Notes: a model not told the origin generated them from the letters alone. Numbered from the stretch's first letter, positions 19,891 through 31,762 are shown. The stretch: DNA of 64,000 bases from Candidatus Obscuribacterales bacterium (GCA_965228855.1 CBDDIJ010000003.1:256001-320000); one strand, 5' to 3'. Made by a program: numbers and translations.

Positions 19891-21752
19891 TGTGCTACCA
19901 CCGTATCTGACACCACCGACGAGCCTCCCAAACCAATGAACAGAGGTCCATAAAACTCATCTTGATATAGATCTATTTTACCGGCATTCGAAAGAAATAG
20001 CGATGCAAGGAAGGCGTCAACCCAGTCATTGTGATCGTCCAGCAACACAACCATTTGCAGGAGTTCAATTTTCTCTCCAAGCTTCAAAATCTTCGCAAGG
20101 AGGAGTTCCACTTTCTCAATGGTTGATTCGACGTCTTCATCGTGAGCCAGGTCCAGCAGGTCATCTACGCCGTCTACTTCATGCTGACCGGCCAGTTCGA
20201 TGACTGCCCGAGCCGGTTTTTTCTCTGCCCGAGTTTTCTCGATTCGCTCTGCTTCTCGCAGAGCATCGATCAGTTCTTCGAGTGTTACTTGGCGTTTTCT
20301 AACCTGTCTTCTTTGTGATCTTCGAACGATCGCCTTCTCGAGATCCTTCAAAGTGATTTGTCTGACATATGAATCGGAGTCGATGATGTCTCCGTTTTCA
20401 TCGAAATCCAGGAAATCATCTCCTGACGGATCTTCGTCGGCAGACTGGTTAAGCAGCGCCTCAGCTTTCATCCGGAGAAGAACGCAGGCGTGGAACAGAA
20501 TTTTTCCGCTCTGACGCAAGTTCTCTTTCGGAGCCGCTGCTATGAGTTTTAAAAATTTGTCGGTAACATCAATGATGTCGACGTTCTTTGGATCAATCTC
20601 GCCCTTCAACGCGAGTTGAACAAGAATTTCAATACCATCGGATGGTGCGACTTCGCGACCGCTGGCATTCTCAATCAACTGCTCAGCGTTGACCGACAGA
20701 GTAATGTCCTCGTCCGGACTTGTGCCCTCAAGCGCCTCGTCAGTGCCGACATCGCCGGAAAGGTCTTCGGTGGTCTCGCCGACAACAATTTCGTTTGATA
20801 CCGTCGATGGTTCTTTCAACGCTTCAATCGCCATCGTCGTAGATCTCTGCGTCATGCTTACGATTTTTGCGATCACAGCAGGCGTAGGATCGACAAAAGG
20901 CGGTTTCTCAACTGCAGCCTCACAGATAATAATTGGTTCTTCTGTGACGGGCTCGATCGCAATGCCTTTTGGCGACTTCTTGGTTTTACGCTTAGCGGCG
21001 CCCGCTTGCCGGTCTTCAGGAGCGCCTTTCGGAAGCGGAAGCGGCAAGGGCAGCGGCAGAACTTGTTGAATCGGAACTTCAATCGTCGGCTCTTCCGTTT
21101 GGAAAACCGTTCCGACCTGAGGAGCTTCGATAATTGGAACTTCTACGATGGGCGTGCCAACGACCGGAGTTTCAATGCCTGGAACTTCTACGATGGGCGT
21201 GTCAACGACTGAAGTTCCAATGCCTGGAACTTCTACGATGGGCGTGTCAACGACTGAAGTTTCAATGCCTGGAACTTCGACGATGGGCGTGCCAACGACC
21301 GGAGTTTCGATGATTGGAACTTCGACGATGGGCGTGCCAACTACTGAAGTTTCAATGCCTGGAACCTCGACGATTGGAAGTTCAACGATTGGCGTTGCCA
21401 CGAGAGGAACTTCCACGCTTTGTTCTGCCGACGGAATTTCTACTACTGAGTCGTTCGCGATCTGCGTTCCGACCGGCGGCGTTATCTCCGCGATGTTGTT
21501 TGATGTCAGAGTTGTTGAGTCGTCTGGCGGCGTTACATCTATAACTCCGTCAAGGTCGATTTCGCTTGCAGTCTGAGCGTCAATTTTGGCAGCCGCGTCC
21601 TCAGACACCGCCGGCGGTTGCTCACTGCCACCGCTGGACGGCTCTACCTTCTTCGCATCAGAAAGTGCCTCACCTTCCGTCACCACCACAGGTGGCACCG
21701 ACCCGCCGACATCCGGCATGTTATTCATTAGAGGTACATCTGGAAGATCCAC
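19887..21752 (-). CDS. scpA: Kleisin ScpA with a ~370-aa acidic, repeat-containing N-terminal extension
   Basis: The C-terminal ~250 aa carry GIEILVQLALKGEIDP..VDIIDVTDKFL, LRQSGKILFHACVLLRMKAEAL, RQVTLEELI and FLASLFLSNAGKIDLYQDEFYG; the gene lies between smc and scpB. Confidence 0.88.
   Translation of the reverse strand: MDLPDVPLMNNMPDVGGSVPPVVVTEGEALSDAKKVEPSSGGSEQPPAVSEDAAAKIDAQTASEIDLDGVIDVTPPDDSTTLTSNNIAEITPPVGTQIANDSVVEIPSAEQSVEVPLVATPIVELPIVEVPGIETSVVGTPIVEVPIIETPVVGTPIVEVPGIETSVVDTPIVEVPGIGTSVVDTPIVEVPGIETPVVGTPIVEVPIIEAPQVGTVFQTEEPTIEVPIQQVLPLPLPLPLPKGAPEDRQAGAAKRKTKKSPKGIAIEPVTEEPIIICEAAVEKPPFVDPTPAVIAKIVSMTQRSTTMAIEALKEPSTVSNEIVVGETTEDLSGDVGTDEALEGTSPDEDITLSVNAEQLIENASGREVAPSDGIEILVQLALKGEIDPKNVDIIDVTDKFLKLIAAAPKENLRQSGKILFHACVLLRMKAEALLNQSADEDPSGDDFLDFDENGDIIDSDSYVRQITLKDLEKAIVRRSQRRQVRKRQVTLEELIDALREAERIEKTRAEKKPARAVIELAGQHEVDGVDDLLDLAHDEDVESTIEKVELLLAKILKLGEKIELLQMVVLLDDHNDWVDAFLASLFLSNAGKIDLYQDEFYGPLFIGLGGSSVVSDTVVAQ
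21127..21400. repeat. 45-bp coding tandem repeat (~6 copies; VV[GD]TPIVEVP[GI]IET[SP]) in scpA
   Basis: Recurrent GGAACTTCTACGATGGGCGTG[CT]CAACGAC units. Confidence 0.9.
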
Positions 21753-21757
21753 GGCAC

Positions 21758-24700
21758 TTATGCCCCCACAGCGTGGGCCGGTTCAGGCGTCTCAGGAATC
21801 TTGATCTCTTGCATTCCAACAACACGAGAGTAACCATCGGCTCTAAGCGAAACACCAATCGCATGGTCGGAGTTCTCGATCATCGGACGACGCAGGGACA
21901 CTGCTACGAATTGTGCCTCTGCGGATTGTCTCTTGATCATGCGCGCAAGACGATCAGCGTTTGCACCGTCGAGCATCATGTCGACTTCGTCGAATGCGTA
22001 GAACGGCGCCGGAGCGTAGCGTTGGAAGGCGAATACGAATGAGAGTGCCGTAAGCGACTTCTCTCCGCCGGAGAGCGCCTCGATGCGTTGCATCTTCTTG
22101 TCGCGTGGTTGAGCGCGAATAACCAGTCCGCCCTCGAACGGTCTGTCCGGATGTTCGAGTTCGAGCTTTCCATGACCGTGACTGAGTTCGGCAAAAATCG
22201 CCTGGAAGTTAGCGTTGATGGCGTCATAGGCTTCCATGAACGTTCTCTTCTTCAACTCACCGTATCCTTCGATACGCTGAATGATTTCTTCCTTCTCTTG
22301 TTCGAGTGTGGCGAGATTCTCGTCGAGTTCTTGCTGACGCTGCTCTGTCGTATTGTAGTCTTCCAGCGCTTTCATGTTGACCGGCTCGAGCGAGCGCATG
22401 CGTTTTTCCAAACGGTCCACTTCACGCTTGAGTTCTTCCACCGTCTTCGTATTTGGTGGCTCGTAGTTCGGATTCTCCTGTAGGAGAACCTCGATGTCTT
22501 GTTTAACCGTCGCAAGTTCTCTCGTCACATCAAAGTGAGCCATTTGATGGCTCTTGCGTTGTTCGATAATCCGAATAACTTCCTGGTCGAGTTTCGTTTT
22601 TGAAACTTCCTGCGCGGTGACCTGATCGTGAATTTTGTCTTTGGTCTCACGCAATGACTCCAGCTCTGCCGAAATTGCGCGTGTTTTACGCTCCATCTCG
22701 GCAATCGCTTCATTCATTGCCTGGATATTTTCTTTGAAAACAGGCTCCTGGACTATAACTTCCTGAATCTCTTGCGTGACCGAATCGAGTTGCTTGACTA
22801 AACTTTCACGATTGTTGTTTTCAACAGTTTCTTCAGTTTCGATTCGATCGACAAGTCTCTGAATCTCGTTGAATTCGCTTTCAACTGCATTCAAGTCCGA
22901 GCGCACTTCTTCCGACTCTGTAATCAGTTTTTCGAGCGCGGATTGTTTGCCCTTATCTCTGATTCCGTCAAGGGATTGTTCTAGAACGCTGATGCGTCCA
23001 GCCAGCTCTTTGACTGACTCTTCAACGTTCGCCATCTCTTGATCGATTTCATCAATTTCGTCGCCCTTAGAGCGCAGCTGCGGCTTGATGTTTTCGATGG
23101 CTTCGTCCAGATCAATTGTTTGTTGGCGCTGGTTATCGATTTCAACTTTGCGTTTAGCCAGATCAGCCTTTGATTCGCTCTGTTTCTTGCGCTCTTCGGC
23201 TAAGCTCTGGGTCAATTCTTTGATTGAGTCCTTGAGCCACTTAACCTGGTCGGCGATATTTTTCGCTGACTGTTTGAGAACGCCAAGATCGGTTTCACCT
23301 TTATTGGAAAAGTGGAACCGCGATTTGTTGTCCTTACCACCTGTGATACTGCCTGATTTTTCGAATAGTTCGCCTTCGGACGTAACCATTCTTGCCTGGT
23401 TGATCATCTTCCTGGCGTTATCGATGTGATCGACGACGATTGTTCCGCCGCAGGCGTATTGAAACGCTTTGGTGAAGCGCTGATCGAAATCGACCAGGTT
23501 GTACGCGAAGTCGATTACGCCAGGTCTGTTTGGAAGCAGACCTGGTGGTTGAGAAACGATTTTATTGAGAGGAACGAATGTCGCGCGACCAGCATTGTTA
23601 TCTTTCAGATATTGAATGCATTCGCGAGCAACATGATCGTCTTCAACGACGATGTGTGTCAAACGAGGACCAATACAAGTTTCAAGTGCGACTTGATAGT
23701 CCTCATCGACTGAGCCGAGCTGTCCGATTGTGCCGTGAACACCTTTTATGCCGCTGCCGAGAATGACTTCAACAGCTTTGCCGTAACCGGTCTCGCCGGA
23801 AATATCTTTCTGCGTTTCCAACTCGATGACTCTGCGATTGACCATCTGCAGGGCGTGAGTCTTCGACTCGATTTCTTCGTTGGTCGAATCGAGTTCGGCC
23901 TCTAGCTGCTGGATCGATCTGTCAATGCCGAGAACGAGCGCTTCTTGATCGACGTACTTTCTCTCGACAAAACCTAGAGAATTCTTCAAAGCAGCCGATT
24001 TCGTAATCTTTTCGGTGGCCTGACCGCGCAAACCCTCGAGTTCTTTCTCCAAGCCGCGACGTCTGGTTTCCAGTTCTGTCTTCTTCAACGACAGAAGGTG
24101 GTTCTGTTCCCTCAGCTTCTGCAGGTCTGTATGCAGACCCGAAACCTTTTCAGATGACTTATCCTTTTCCTGGCGGTGAATTTCAATCTCCGCCATGACG
24201 GCACTGTAGGCGCCCTGTCTTTCCATCAAAACCAGCTCGACTGCCTTGCGGTCTTCGATATGCTGCTTCTTCTGTTTTGCTAGCTTATTGAGGTGTTTTT
24301 CGATAGTTTTGACCTGCTCCTGAATATTTTTCAGCAGCTTCTCTTTTTCGCCGACGACACCCTGTAAGTTGGAAAGTTTGTTTTCTTCACGTGTTAATTC
24401 GCCTCGTTTGTTGTCGAGTTCCTGGCGAATGAGAAGTTGTTCGTTGCCGCCTTTGTCTTTGATTTCCTCGTCGATCCGTCCCATCTCGGCTCGCAATTCG
24501 AGGAGATTGATTTCGGTCGTGTGAAGTTTGTCGGCTAGCTCGGACTCTTTTCCTTCAAGCCTTTCAATCTCGGCAAGCTCTTTCCTCGCCCGCTCTTCAA
24601 GCTCGATCGCGCGAACGAAAATCAAATCCTTTTCGATTGCTTCCTTCTTGGTCTTCAAATCGAGATATTTGAGCGCCTGGTCACGGTCTGCCCGAAGCAC

Positions 24701-25291
24701 TTCGAGACGCGCGATGATTTCGCTCAAAACAATGCGCTGATGATCAATCTTCTCGCCGACCGAACCCAGTTCGGTCTGAGCCTGATCGATTCTGCGATCG
24801 AAATCAGCGACACCGGCGAGCTCGTCGATAATCTTGCGGCGCTCAGTTGCGCTCATAGTTACGATTCCGGTCACGTCGCCCTGCATGATGACGTTGAATC
24901 CCGTCGGACTAACGTTATATTTCATCAGGCGATCATGGATCTCACTCAGCGTAGCGCCTTTGCCGTTGAGCAGATATGAACTGGTGTATGAATTGTCGTC
25001 TTTTACTCGGATACGCCGAGTCACTTCGATCTCGACGTTATCAGGGCTGACGAATTTGACGCGGACCTTCGCTTCCTTCCGCCCACTTAAATTATTTAGA
25101 AGATCGGGCAATCTTTCCGCCCGCATCGATCGAGTTGACGACAAACCGAGTGCAAAAAGCAGACTGTCGATGATGTTTGACTTACCGGATCCATTCGGAC
25201 CTGAGATCGTCGTAAACCCGTCCAGGAGAGGCACGAGCGTCGACTTGCCGAATGACTTGAAGTTGTCTAACTCGATTTCCTTGATTCGCAA
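21758..25291 (-). CDS. smc: Chromosome segregation protein SMC
   Basis: Walker A GPNGSGKSN, long coiled coils, hinge GRATFVPL, signature LSGGEKSL and Walker B FDEVD. Confidence 0.98.
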   Translation of the reverse strand: MRIKEIELDNFKSFGKSTLVPLLDGFTTISGPNGSGKSNIIDSLLFALGLSSTRSMRAERLPDLLNNLSGRKEAKVRVKFVSPDNVEIEVTRRIRVKDDNSYTSSYLLNGKGATLSEIHDRLMKYNVSPTGFNVIMQGDVTGIVTMSATERRKIIDELAGVADFDRRIDQAQTELGSVGEKIDHQRIVLSEIIARLEVLRADRDQALKYLDLKTKKEAIEKDLIFVRAIELEERARKELAEIERLEGKESELADKLHTTEINLLELRAEMGRIDEEIKDKGGNEQLLIRQELDNKRGELTREENKLSNLQGVVGEKEKLLKNIQEQVKTIEKHLNKLAKQKKQHIEDRKAVELVLMERQGAYSAVMAEIEIHRQEKDKSSEKVSGLHTDLQKLREQNHLLSLKKTELETRRRGLEKELEGLRGQATEKITKSAALKNSLGFVERKYVDQEALVLGIDRSIQQLEAELDSTNEEIESKTHALQMVNRRVIELETQKDISGETGYGKAVEVILGSGIKGVHGTIGQLGSVDEDYQVALETCIGPRLTHIVVEDDHVARECIQYLKDNNAGRATFVPLNKIVSQPPGLLPNRPGVIDFAYNLVDFDQRFTKAFQYACGGTIVVDHIDNARKMINQARMVTSEGELFEKSGSITGGKDNKSRFHFSNKGETDLGVLKQSAKNIADQVKWLKDSIKELTQSLAEERKKQSESKADLAKRKVEIDNQRQQTIDLDEAIENIKPQLRSKGDEIDEIDQEMANVEESVKELAGRISVLEQSLDGIRDKGKQSALEKLITESEEVRSDLNAVESEFNEIQRLVDRIETEETVENNNRESLVKQLDSVTQEIQEVIVQEPVFKENIQAMNEAIAEMERKTRAISAELESLRETKDKIHDQVTAQEVSKTKLDQEVIRIIEQRKSHQMAHFDVTRELATVKQDIEVLLQENPNYEPPNTKTVEELKREVDRLEKRMRSLEPVNMKALEDYNTTEQRQQELDENLATLEQEKEEIIQRIEGYGELKKRTFMEAYDAINANFQAIFAELSHGHGKLELEHPDRPFEGGLVIRAQPRDKKMQRIEALSGGEKSLTALSFVFAFQRYAPAPFYAFDEVDMMLDGANADRLARMIKRQSAEAQFVAVSLRRPMIENSDHAIGVSLRADGYSRVVGMQEIKIPETPEPAHAVGA

Positions 25292-25676
25292 GAGTCTTTC
25301 TCGCTCCAGTTTCCCAGCCGCATTACACTATACACTTGCAGTAGTGTCAAGCCTTAGTGGTTTCACGTTTGGTGCCTAAGTTGTTCGTCCCAACTTTGAG
25401 TATATACACGGAATGTCCATAATATGCGCTTTTCACAACGACATCGAAACAAATTTTACTGGCACCACTGGTGGTTTGTCACCACATTTGGTTCGTCTGA
25501 TAGCAGTTTGTTTTGACTGGATATAACCCAATTTTGTTGACGATCGGCTATCGATCGATCGCTGTGATCGGATCCCTTCCTCCCTCTGGAATTGATATAA
25601 AAGACATGCTACGCTAGCTTTCTGGAAATCCGATCTTTTTGTCAAAATCACTGAATTTTTACCAGCGGGTGGCGTT

Positions 25677-26906
25677 TTGCAAACACCTCGGAAAGAGAAG
25701 CAGGCTTTGATTGGCGACCTTCTGGTCCGAGCGGAGCTCATCAGCCGTCATGATCTGACTAACGCTTTGACTATCGCTAGACAGATGTCGCTACCTATCG
25801 GGCATATACTAACGGTTAATGGTTTCGTCACGGATGAGGAGCTCAATGCTGCGCTCCGAGTCCAGGCACTGGTCCGGGATAAGCTCCTTGCCGAGCAACA
25901 AGGAATTGATGCACTGACCGTGGTGCGAGAGCAGAAGAAGTCGATTGAGGACGCTCTCGATGAGCAGAACTGGCGCTCCGAATACCTGACTTTCACGAAA
26001 AATCTCGGGCAACTCTTAATTGATGCAAACGCCGTAACTCCGGATAAGCTCAAAAGCGCTCTGGCGGCCTGTCATTCATCCGGTCTTCCGCTCGGTCGCG
26101 TGCTTGTCTTGCAGGGAGCGATTTCGGAATTCGTCGCATACGCCGCCCTCACGGCTCAGGCACTCTTGCGCGACAAGAAAATTGCCAGGGACCAGGCTGT
26201 GGGTAGCTTGCGGCTCACGTCCATGCACGGCGATACAATCGAGGATTACCTCGAGTTTGGCGGTTTGCGCAAGATTCGACCCGATCATGTCTTGCGTCTT
26301 GGTGAGATGTTCGTCTTGTCCGGACTGGTTTCAGAACTCGATCTTCTCTCAGCGGTCGAAACAGGATTGATGGAAGCGCAGCCGATCGGACATATCCTCG
26401 TTCAACATAATCTTATCCGGCAAGAGGCTATTGATGCGGCTCTTCGCCTTCAAGATCTCATTAGAGAACAAAAGATAGAGCCGCTTAAGGCGGTTGACGT
26501 TTTAAAAGAATACGCTTCCCGCCAGGCTGGCAGCGGCAATTTCGAGCAGATTGTCGAACGCATCGCCAAGAAGAAAATTAAACCACCTACGTCCGGACTC
26601 GCGCAGAACGACGCTCGTTTGCTTGAAACTGTTCACGGTCTCGGTTTCGTGTCCGAAACCGAGTTGGCTGAGATTTGCAAGGAGGTCATCGGCGGAAATG
26701 TATCGGTGGTGGACTATCTGACCAGGTGTACGCGCGTCGATGATTCTAAAATCAAGACGGCAATGCGCTGTCGCGAATTGGTCGACAACGGTGCTCTGAC
26801 TATCGAGCAGGCGATTTTCGCGGTCCATATCTGGCTCTGGAGCGGTGGCGCCTTCGATGACGTACTAATGAATGTTGGGTGGCTGCCGGCGAATCAACGG
26901 TCATGA
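25677..26906 (+). CDS. Protein built from tandem MshEN/T2SSE_N-like repeats
   Basis: Repeated (R/P)[LI]GxxLVxxGx[IV]SxxxLxxALxxQ units, e.g. LIGDLLVRAELIS, PIGHILTVNGFVT, NLGQLLIDANAVT, PLGRVLVLQGAIS, RLGEMFVLSGLVS, PIGHILVQHNLIR. Confidence 0.7.
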   Translation: MQTPRKEKQALIGDLLVRAELISRHDLTNALTIARQMSLPIGHILTVNGFVTDEELNAALRVQALVRDKLLAEQQGIDALTVVREQKKSIEDALDEQNWRSEYLTFTKNLGQLLIDANAVTPDKLKSALAACHSSGLPLGRVLVLQGAISEFVAYAALTAQALLRDKKIARDQAVGSLRLTSMHGDTIEDYLEFGGLRKIRPDHVLRLGEMFVLSGLVSELDLLSAVETGLMEAQPIGHILVQHNLIRQEAIDAALRLQDLIREQKIEPLKAVDVLKEYASRQAGSGNFEQIVERIAKKKIKPPTSGLAQNDARLLETVHGLGFVSETELAEICKEVIGGNVSVVDYLTRCTRVDDSKIKTAMRCRELVDNGALTIEQAIFAVHIWLWSGGAFDDVLMNVGWLPANQRS

Positions 26907-26928
26907 GCGCTCAGAAAGGTCTATAAAC

Positions 26929-28809
26929 TTATCCGTTAGGCTCCAGCTTTTTGATCAATTCTTGAGCCGACGCACAATCACTGTCGTTGGGTGCGGCCGA
27001 AACGAAGGTTTTTAGCTCCTGAAGAGCTTCTTGATTCTTGCCGGCTTTCAGCAAAATCAAGGCAAGGTTGTAGTGAACTGAAATGAGATCGGGTTGTTGC
27101 TCTAGCGCCTTTCGATACTCGTCGATGCACTCTTGCGCGTGATCGCCCTCCAGCTGGGAGAGTATCCATGCTCGATTGTAGTGACACTCCGAGTCATCGG
27201 CATACTGCTTGACCCATTTCTTAGATGCGTCATCGGCAAGCGGCAATTTCTGCTGTGCGATGAGGAGGCGAAGAATGGCTCCCATCGCAGACTTTCGGAT
27301 GCTGCGGTTCGGCTTCAAATCCATTGTGCGTTCAAACTGCAAGCGCGCGCCATTTGCATCGCGGTTTGCGTCCAAATATTTTCCAAGCGTCATGTGTGTC
27401 GCTGGTTCGTTGGGAGCTAGTTGGGTAGCCTTTTTCGCTTGTTTAATCGCTTCATCCAGGTCTCCGATTTTTTCATTTGCGTGCGCGAGTTTCAGCGCAA
27501 GGTTGGCATTGCCTGGACTCAAAACAGACAAGCGCGCCAGTGTGCTCTTCGACTCCTTGTACTCCTTGTTTTCGAGCAATGCGTCAGCAAGCAGCAACAT
27601 CGACTGCCACTCCGCCGGAGCATCTTGCTTTAGATTCTGTGCAACTTTGAGCGCTTCTTCGGGTTGTTTGGCTTCCATGAGGGCTCGACCGTAAGCAACG
27701 CGCGCCGGTATAAGAGTGGGTTCCAACGTGACCGCTTTGGTCGCATCTGCTAACGCCTTATCCGGTTTTCCAAGTGCGATAAACAAAAATGCGCGATTCA
27801 CATATGCCGCAGTGTAAGCATTATTCTCTCTTATCGCTCGGTCAAAAAATGCGGAAGCCGCCTCATAATCGCCTTTTCCAGCTAGAACTGCGCCGAGATT
27901 GTTGTTGAGCTTCGGATTGATCGGAGCGATCTTGACAGCTTCAGAAAAATATTTTTCTGCCGCATTCATGTCGTTAGTTCCAACTTTGTCGAAACCAAGA
28001 ACGCCATTCCAAGCGGCTTTGTCGTAGTTCTTCTCTGTCGGCTCGGTGGCGTAGAGTGGTAATACAAAGCCAAGTTCGTCTACCGCAACGGAAATTTTTC
28101 CGGAGGTGACTTGTTGGGGCGCGGGCGCGTCTTTCATCTTGAGCGGCACCAGTACTGGCACTTTGAAGACGGAGACAGCGCTTATTCCAAGTCCGACTCC
28201 GCCTTTTTTGTCAGGCGACAAATTGGGACCTTGCTCTTCTCTGGTGTTGAACCACCCCAGTGAGATCATGTAAGGAAGCGGTTGTTCCGACAGATACGCG
28301 TATATATGAACGCGTTTTTGACCTTTATATTTCTCCTCTGACAATCTAACGCGGTGATCTTTATCTATACGGATGCGAACAGACGGACAGATTGCCACCC
28401 TCGTTTTCAAATCCAGTTGCTTCTTTGTTGCCGAATCGCGCTGACCTTCGGCTTCTGTTTTTGCCGCAGCAGATTCAGACTGCGCGGCCGCCGCATCGGT
28501 TTTGTTTGAAGCAGATTCCGACTGCGCGGCTGCCGCATCGGTTTTGTTTGAAGCAGTTTCCGACTGCGAGGCCGCCGCATCGGTTTTGCTTGCACCAGAT
28601 TCAGACTGCGCGGCTGCCGAATCGGTTTTGTTTGAAGCAGATTCAGGTTGTGTGGAACCTGAGTCCGTCTTGCCTTTAGCAGTATCAGGTTGTGCTGAGC
28701 CGGCTTCGGCTGCGACCGGATAAATTGACCCGCTCGATAGCATCACCAGCGCCAGAACGACAACGGCAAACGAACAATTCATTCTCAAATTTTGATTGTT
28801 ACGCATCAC
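26929..28809 (-). CDS. Exported TPR-repeat protein
   Basis: Signal peptide, Ser/Ala-rich repeat linker and many TPRs (NNLGAVL, AYVNRA, HYNLALIL). Confidence 0.85.
   Translation of the reverse strand: MMRNNQNLRMNCSFAVVVLALVMLSSGSIYPVAAEAGSAQPDTAKGKTDSGSTQPESASNKTDSAAAQSESGASKTDAAASQSETASNKTDAAAAQSESASNKTDAAAAQSESAAAKTEAEGQRDSATKKQLDLKTRVAICPSVRIRIDKDHRVRLSEEKYKGQKRVHIYAYLSEQPLPYMISLGWFNTREEQGPNLSPDKKGGVGLGISAVSVFKVPVLVPLKMKDAPAPQQVTSGKISVAVDELGFVLPLYATEPTEKNYDKAAWNGVLGFDKVGTNDMNAAEKYFSEAVKIAPINPKLNNNLGAVLAGKGDYEAASAFFDRAIRENNAYTAAYVNRAFLFIALGKPDKALADATKAVTLEPTLIPARVAYGRALMEAKQPEEALKVAQNLKQDAPAEWQSMLLLADALLENKEYKESKSTLARLSVLSPGNANLALKLAHANEKIGDLDEAIKQAKKATQLAPNEPATHMTLGKYLDANRDANGARLQFERTMDLKPNRSIRKSAMGAILRLLIAQQKLPLADDASKKWVKQYADDSECHYNRAWILSQLEGDHAQECIDEYRKALEQQPDLISVHYNLALILLKAGKNQEALQELKTFVSAAPNDSDCASAQELIKKLEPNG
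28460..28650. repeat. 42-bp coding tandem repeat (~4.5 copies; SESASNKTDAAAAQ)
   Basis: Recurrent GCATCGGTTTTGTTTGAAGCAGATTC.GACTGCG. Confidence 0.88.
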
Positions 28810-29034
28810 AACCGATTCTAACGCGCTGGAAGCCGAAGAGCCTGAAATCCGAAAATTCCCATTGAGATTTCAGTTACTTAAGAGAAAGTGAGAAGAGTAC
28901 TATCAAACAACGACTCCCTTCATCTGTCGTGAGTTCCGCTCAATCAGGTTGGTTGTCCGGAGATTAACAGAATCTTTTAGCGATTAGCATTTGAACCTTG
29001 GACATCTCTATATAAATAAGGTACGTTTGCATAA

Positions 29035-30276
<1,242 letters not shown>

Positions 30277-30288
30277 CGAAGCCTGTTG

Positions 30289-31029
30289 TTATCGGATTTC
30301 TTCGTCTTCTTTGATTTCGAGAAGAACAGCGTCGTGCTCGTCCTTGCGCTCCTGGGTGATCAGCTTTGCCCCGCCGTCTTTGCCCATGTTGCCCTTCAGA
30401 GCGAGTAATTCCATCTCGATGTCAGCCTGACCCTCGAAGCTCTTGAATTTCTTTTCCAGGGAGTCTGTGCCGAGCTCTGCCAGCGCAGCAGCGCGTGCTT
30501 CCTTCTCCGCGACCTTTGTTTCCATTCTTTCAAAAGTTGATAGTGCGCCTGACGCGGATGATTTTGAGAGAATCTCGTTTGCTTTCGATGTCGCTTGAGC
30601 GGCTTTATCTCTTGCGATAAGGACTTGCTTCTTCGTGTAAGCCTTCTGAACTTCGTTCTCCAGTTCGGTGAGACGTTGACGCAGATTGGATGTTGCCTCT
30701 TTCTGCGACTTGAGCTGAACTTCTAAATCCGCCGCAGCCTGTGCATACTGCGTCTTTCGCTGCAATGCCTGGCGAGCCAGGTCGTCATTATTTTGTTGAA
30801 CAGCCATTGCTGCTCGGTTTTGCCAGGTAGCTGCCTGGTCTTTGTTCTTCTGAAGCTGCTGTTCGAGCTGTTTTTCAGTGGCAATAGCCTGAGCGACTGC
30901 TTGTCGGACCTGAATCAGGTTAGACTGCAGCTCCTGATAAGTCTGTTCAAGCATCATCTGGGGGTCTTCGACCTTGCCCAGTAAGGCATTTACCATTGCC
31001 TTGAAAACCATCGCGATGCGATCGAACAT
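30289..31029 (-). CDS. pspA: PspA/IM30 (Vipp1) family protein
   Basis: MFDRI...VNALL..VEDPQMMLEQ, W..RA..A....DDLARQAL.RK, FERMETKV and LEKKF..E. Confidence 0.92.
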   Translation of the reverse strand: MFDRIAMVFKAMVNALLGKVEDPQMMLEQTYQELQSNLIQVRQAVAQAIATEKQLEQQLQKNKDQAATWQNRAAMAVQQNNDDLARQALQRKTQYAQAAADLEVQLKSQKEATSNLRQRLTELENEVQKAYTKKQVLIARDKAAQATSKANEILSKSSASGALSTFERMETKVAEKEARAAALAELGTDSLEKKFKSFEGQADIEMELLALKGNMGKDGGAKLITQERKDEHDAVLLEIKEDEEIR

Positions 31030-31270
31030 TCTAGAACAACTCCTTTTGGCTCGGGCTCAGAGTCCTTGGCCGCAACTTTTCACTACCAGATAATTAAGTG
31101 TATCAAATACTCAAAATTGTTATTCCCAAACTTTAATTGGTCAAGCGCATAGATAAGGTCATAAGTGAAGGTACATTAAATGTAGAGGATGCTATGAAGT
31201 GTCTGAGAACCTAATGAAACGCTTGACGAGCACACTTCAAAGTATCTTGAATGGACAGGGTTAAAAGAAG

Positions 31271-31576
31271 ATGAAAGATCTAGCGGAGGTGAAAGTGACT
31301 CAAAGTGGTGGACCTCCGATGTGGGCGGTGGCGGCGCAGTGGGGAATGGCACTGGTGGCCTACACCTGCATCTTCGGTTTCGGCGGTTATTATATCGGCG
31401 ATCACTTCATGAACAGCCGTCTCTGGGCGTTGGGGTTGATGATGTTTGGACTCGTAGGTGGCTTTAGTGCAGCTATCTTTCAAATCTTTCGTCAATCTAT
31501 GGCGATCGATCGCTCGACGCCAAATCGTGGAAAGCCTTTACCAGACGAGCCCAAGGAAGATCCCTGGGCGAAGTAA
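31271..31576 (+). CDS. AtpZ/AtpI-like small membrane protein
   Basis: Two TMs with a GYYIGD turn; first gene upstream of atpB. Confidence 0.7.
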   Translation: MKDLAEVKVTQSGGPPMWAVAAQWGMALVAYTCIFGFGGYYIGDHFMNSRLWALGLMMFGLVGGFSAAIFQIFRQSMAIDRSTPNRGKPLPDEPKEDPWAK

Positions 31577-31762
31577 AACCGTTTTCGCTTTTCGGTTGCA
31601 TCTTGGGAACGCTCGTTTAATGCCGATTCTCAAGATTCATTACCGTTCGGTTTCGCGGCCCAAAGGCGCTGCAACGCATTAATTGTTGTCTGATATCATT
31701 TCATGTCGTGTTCTATAAGCAGCTCTTAGCGCTTTAGAACCTCGAGTCGCTGTGGGGGCAAA

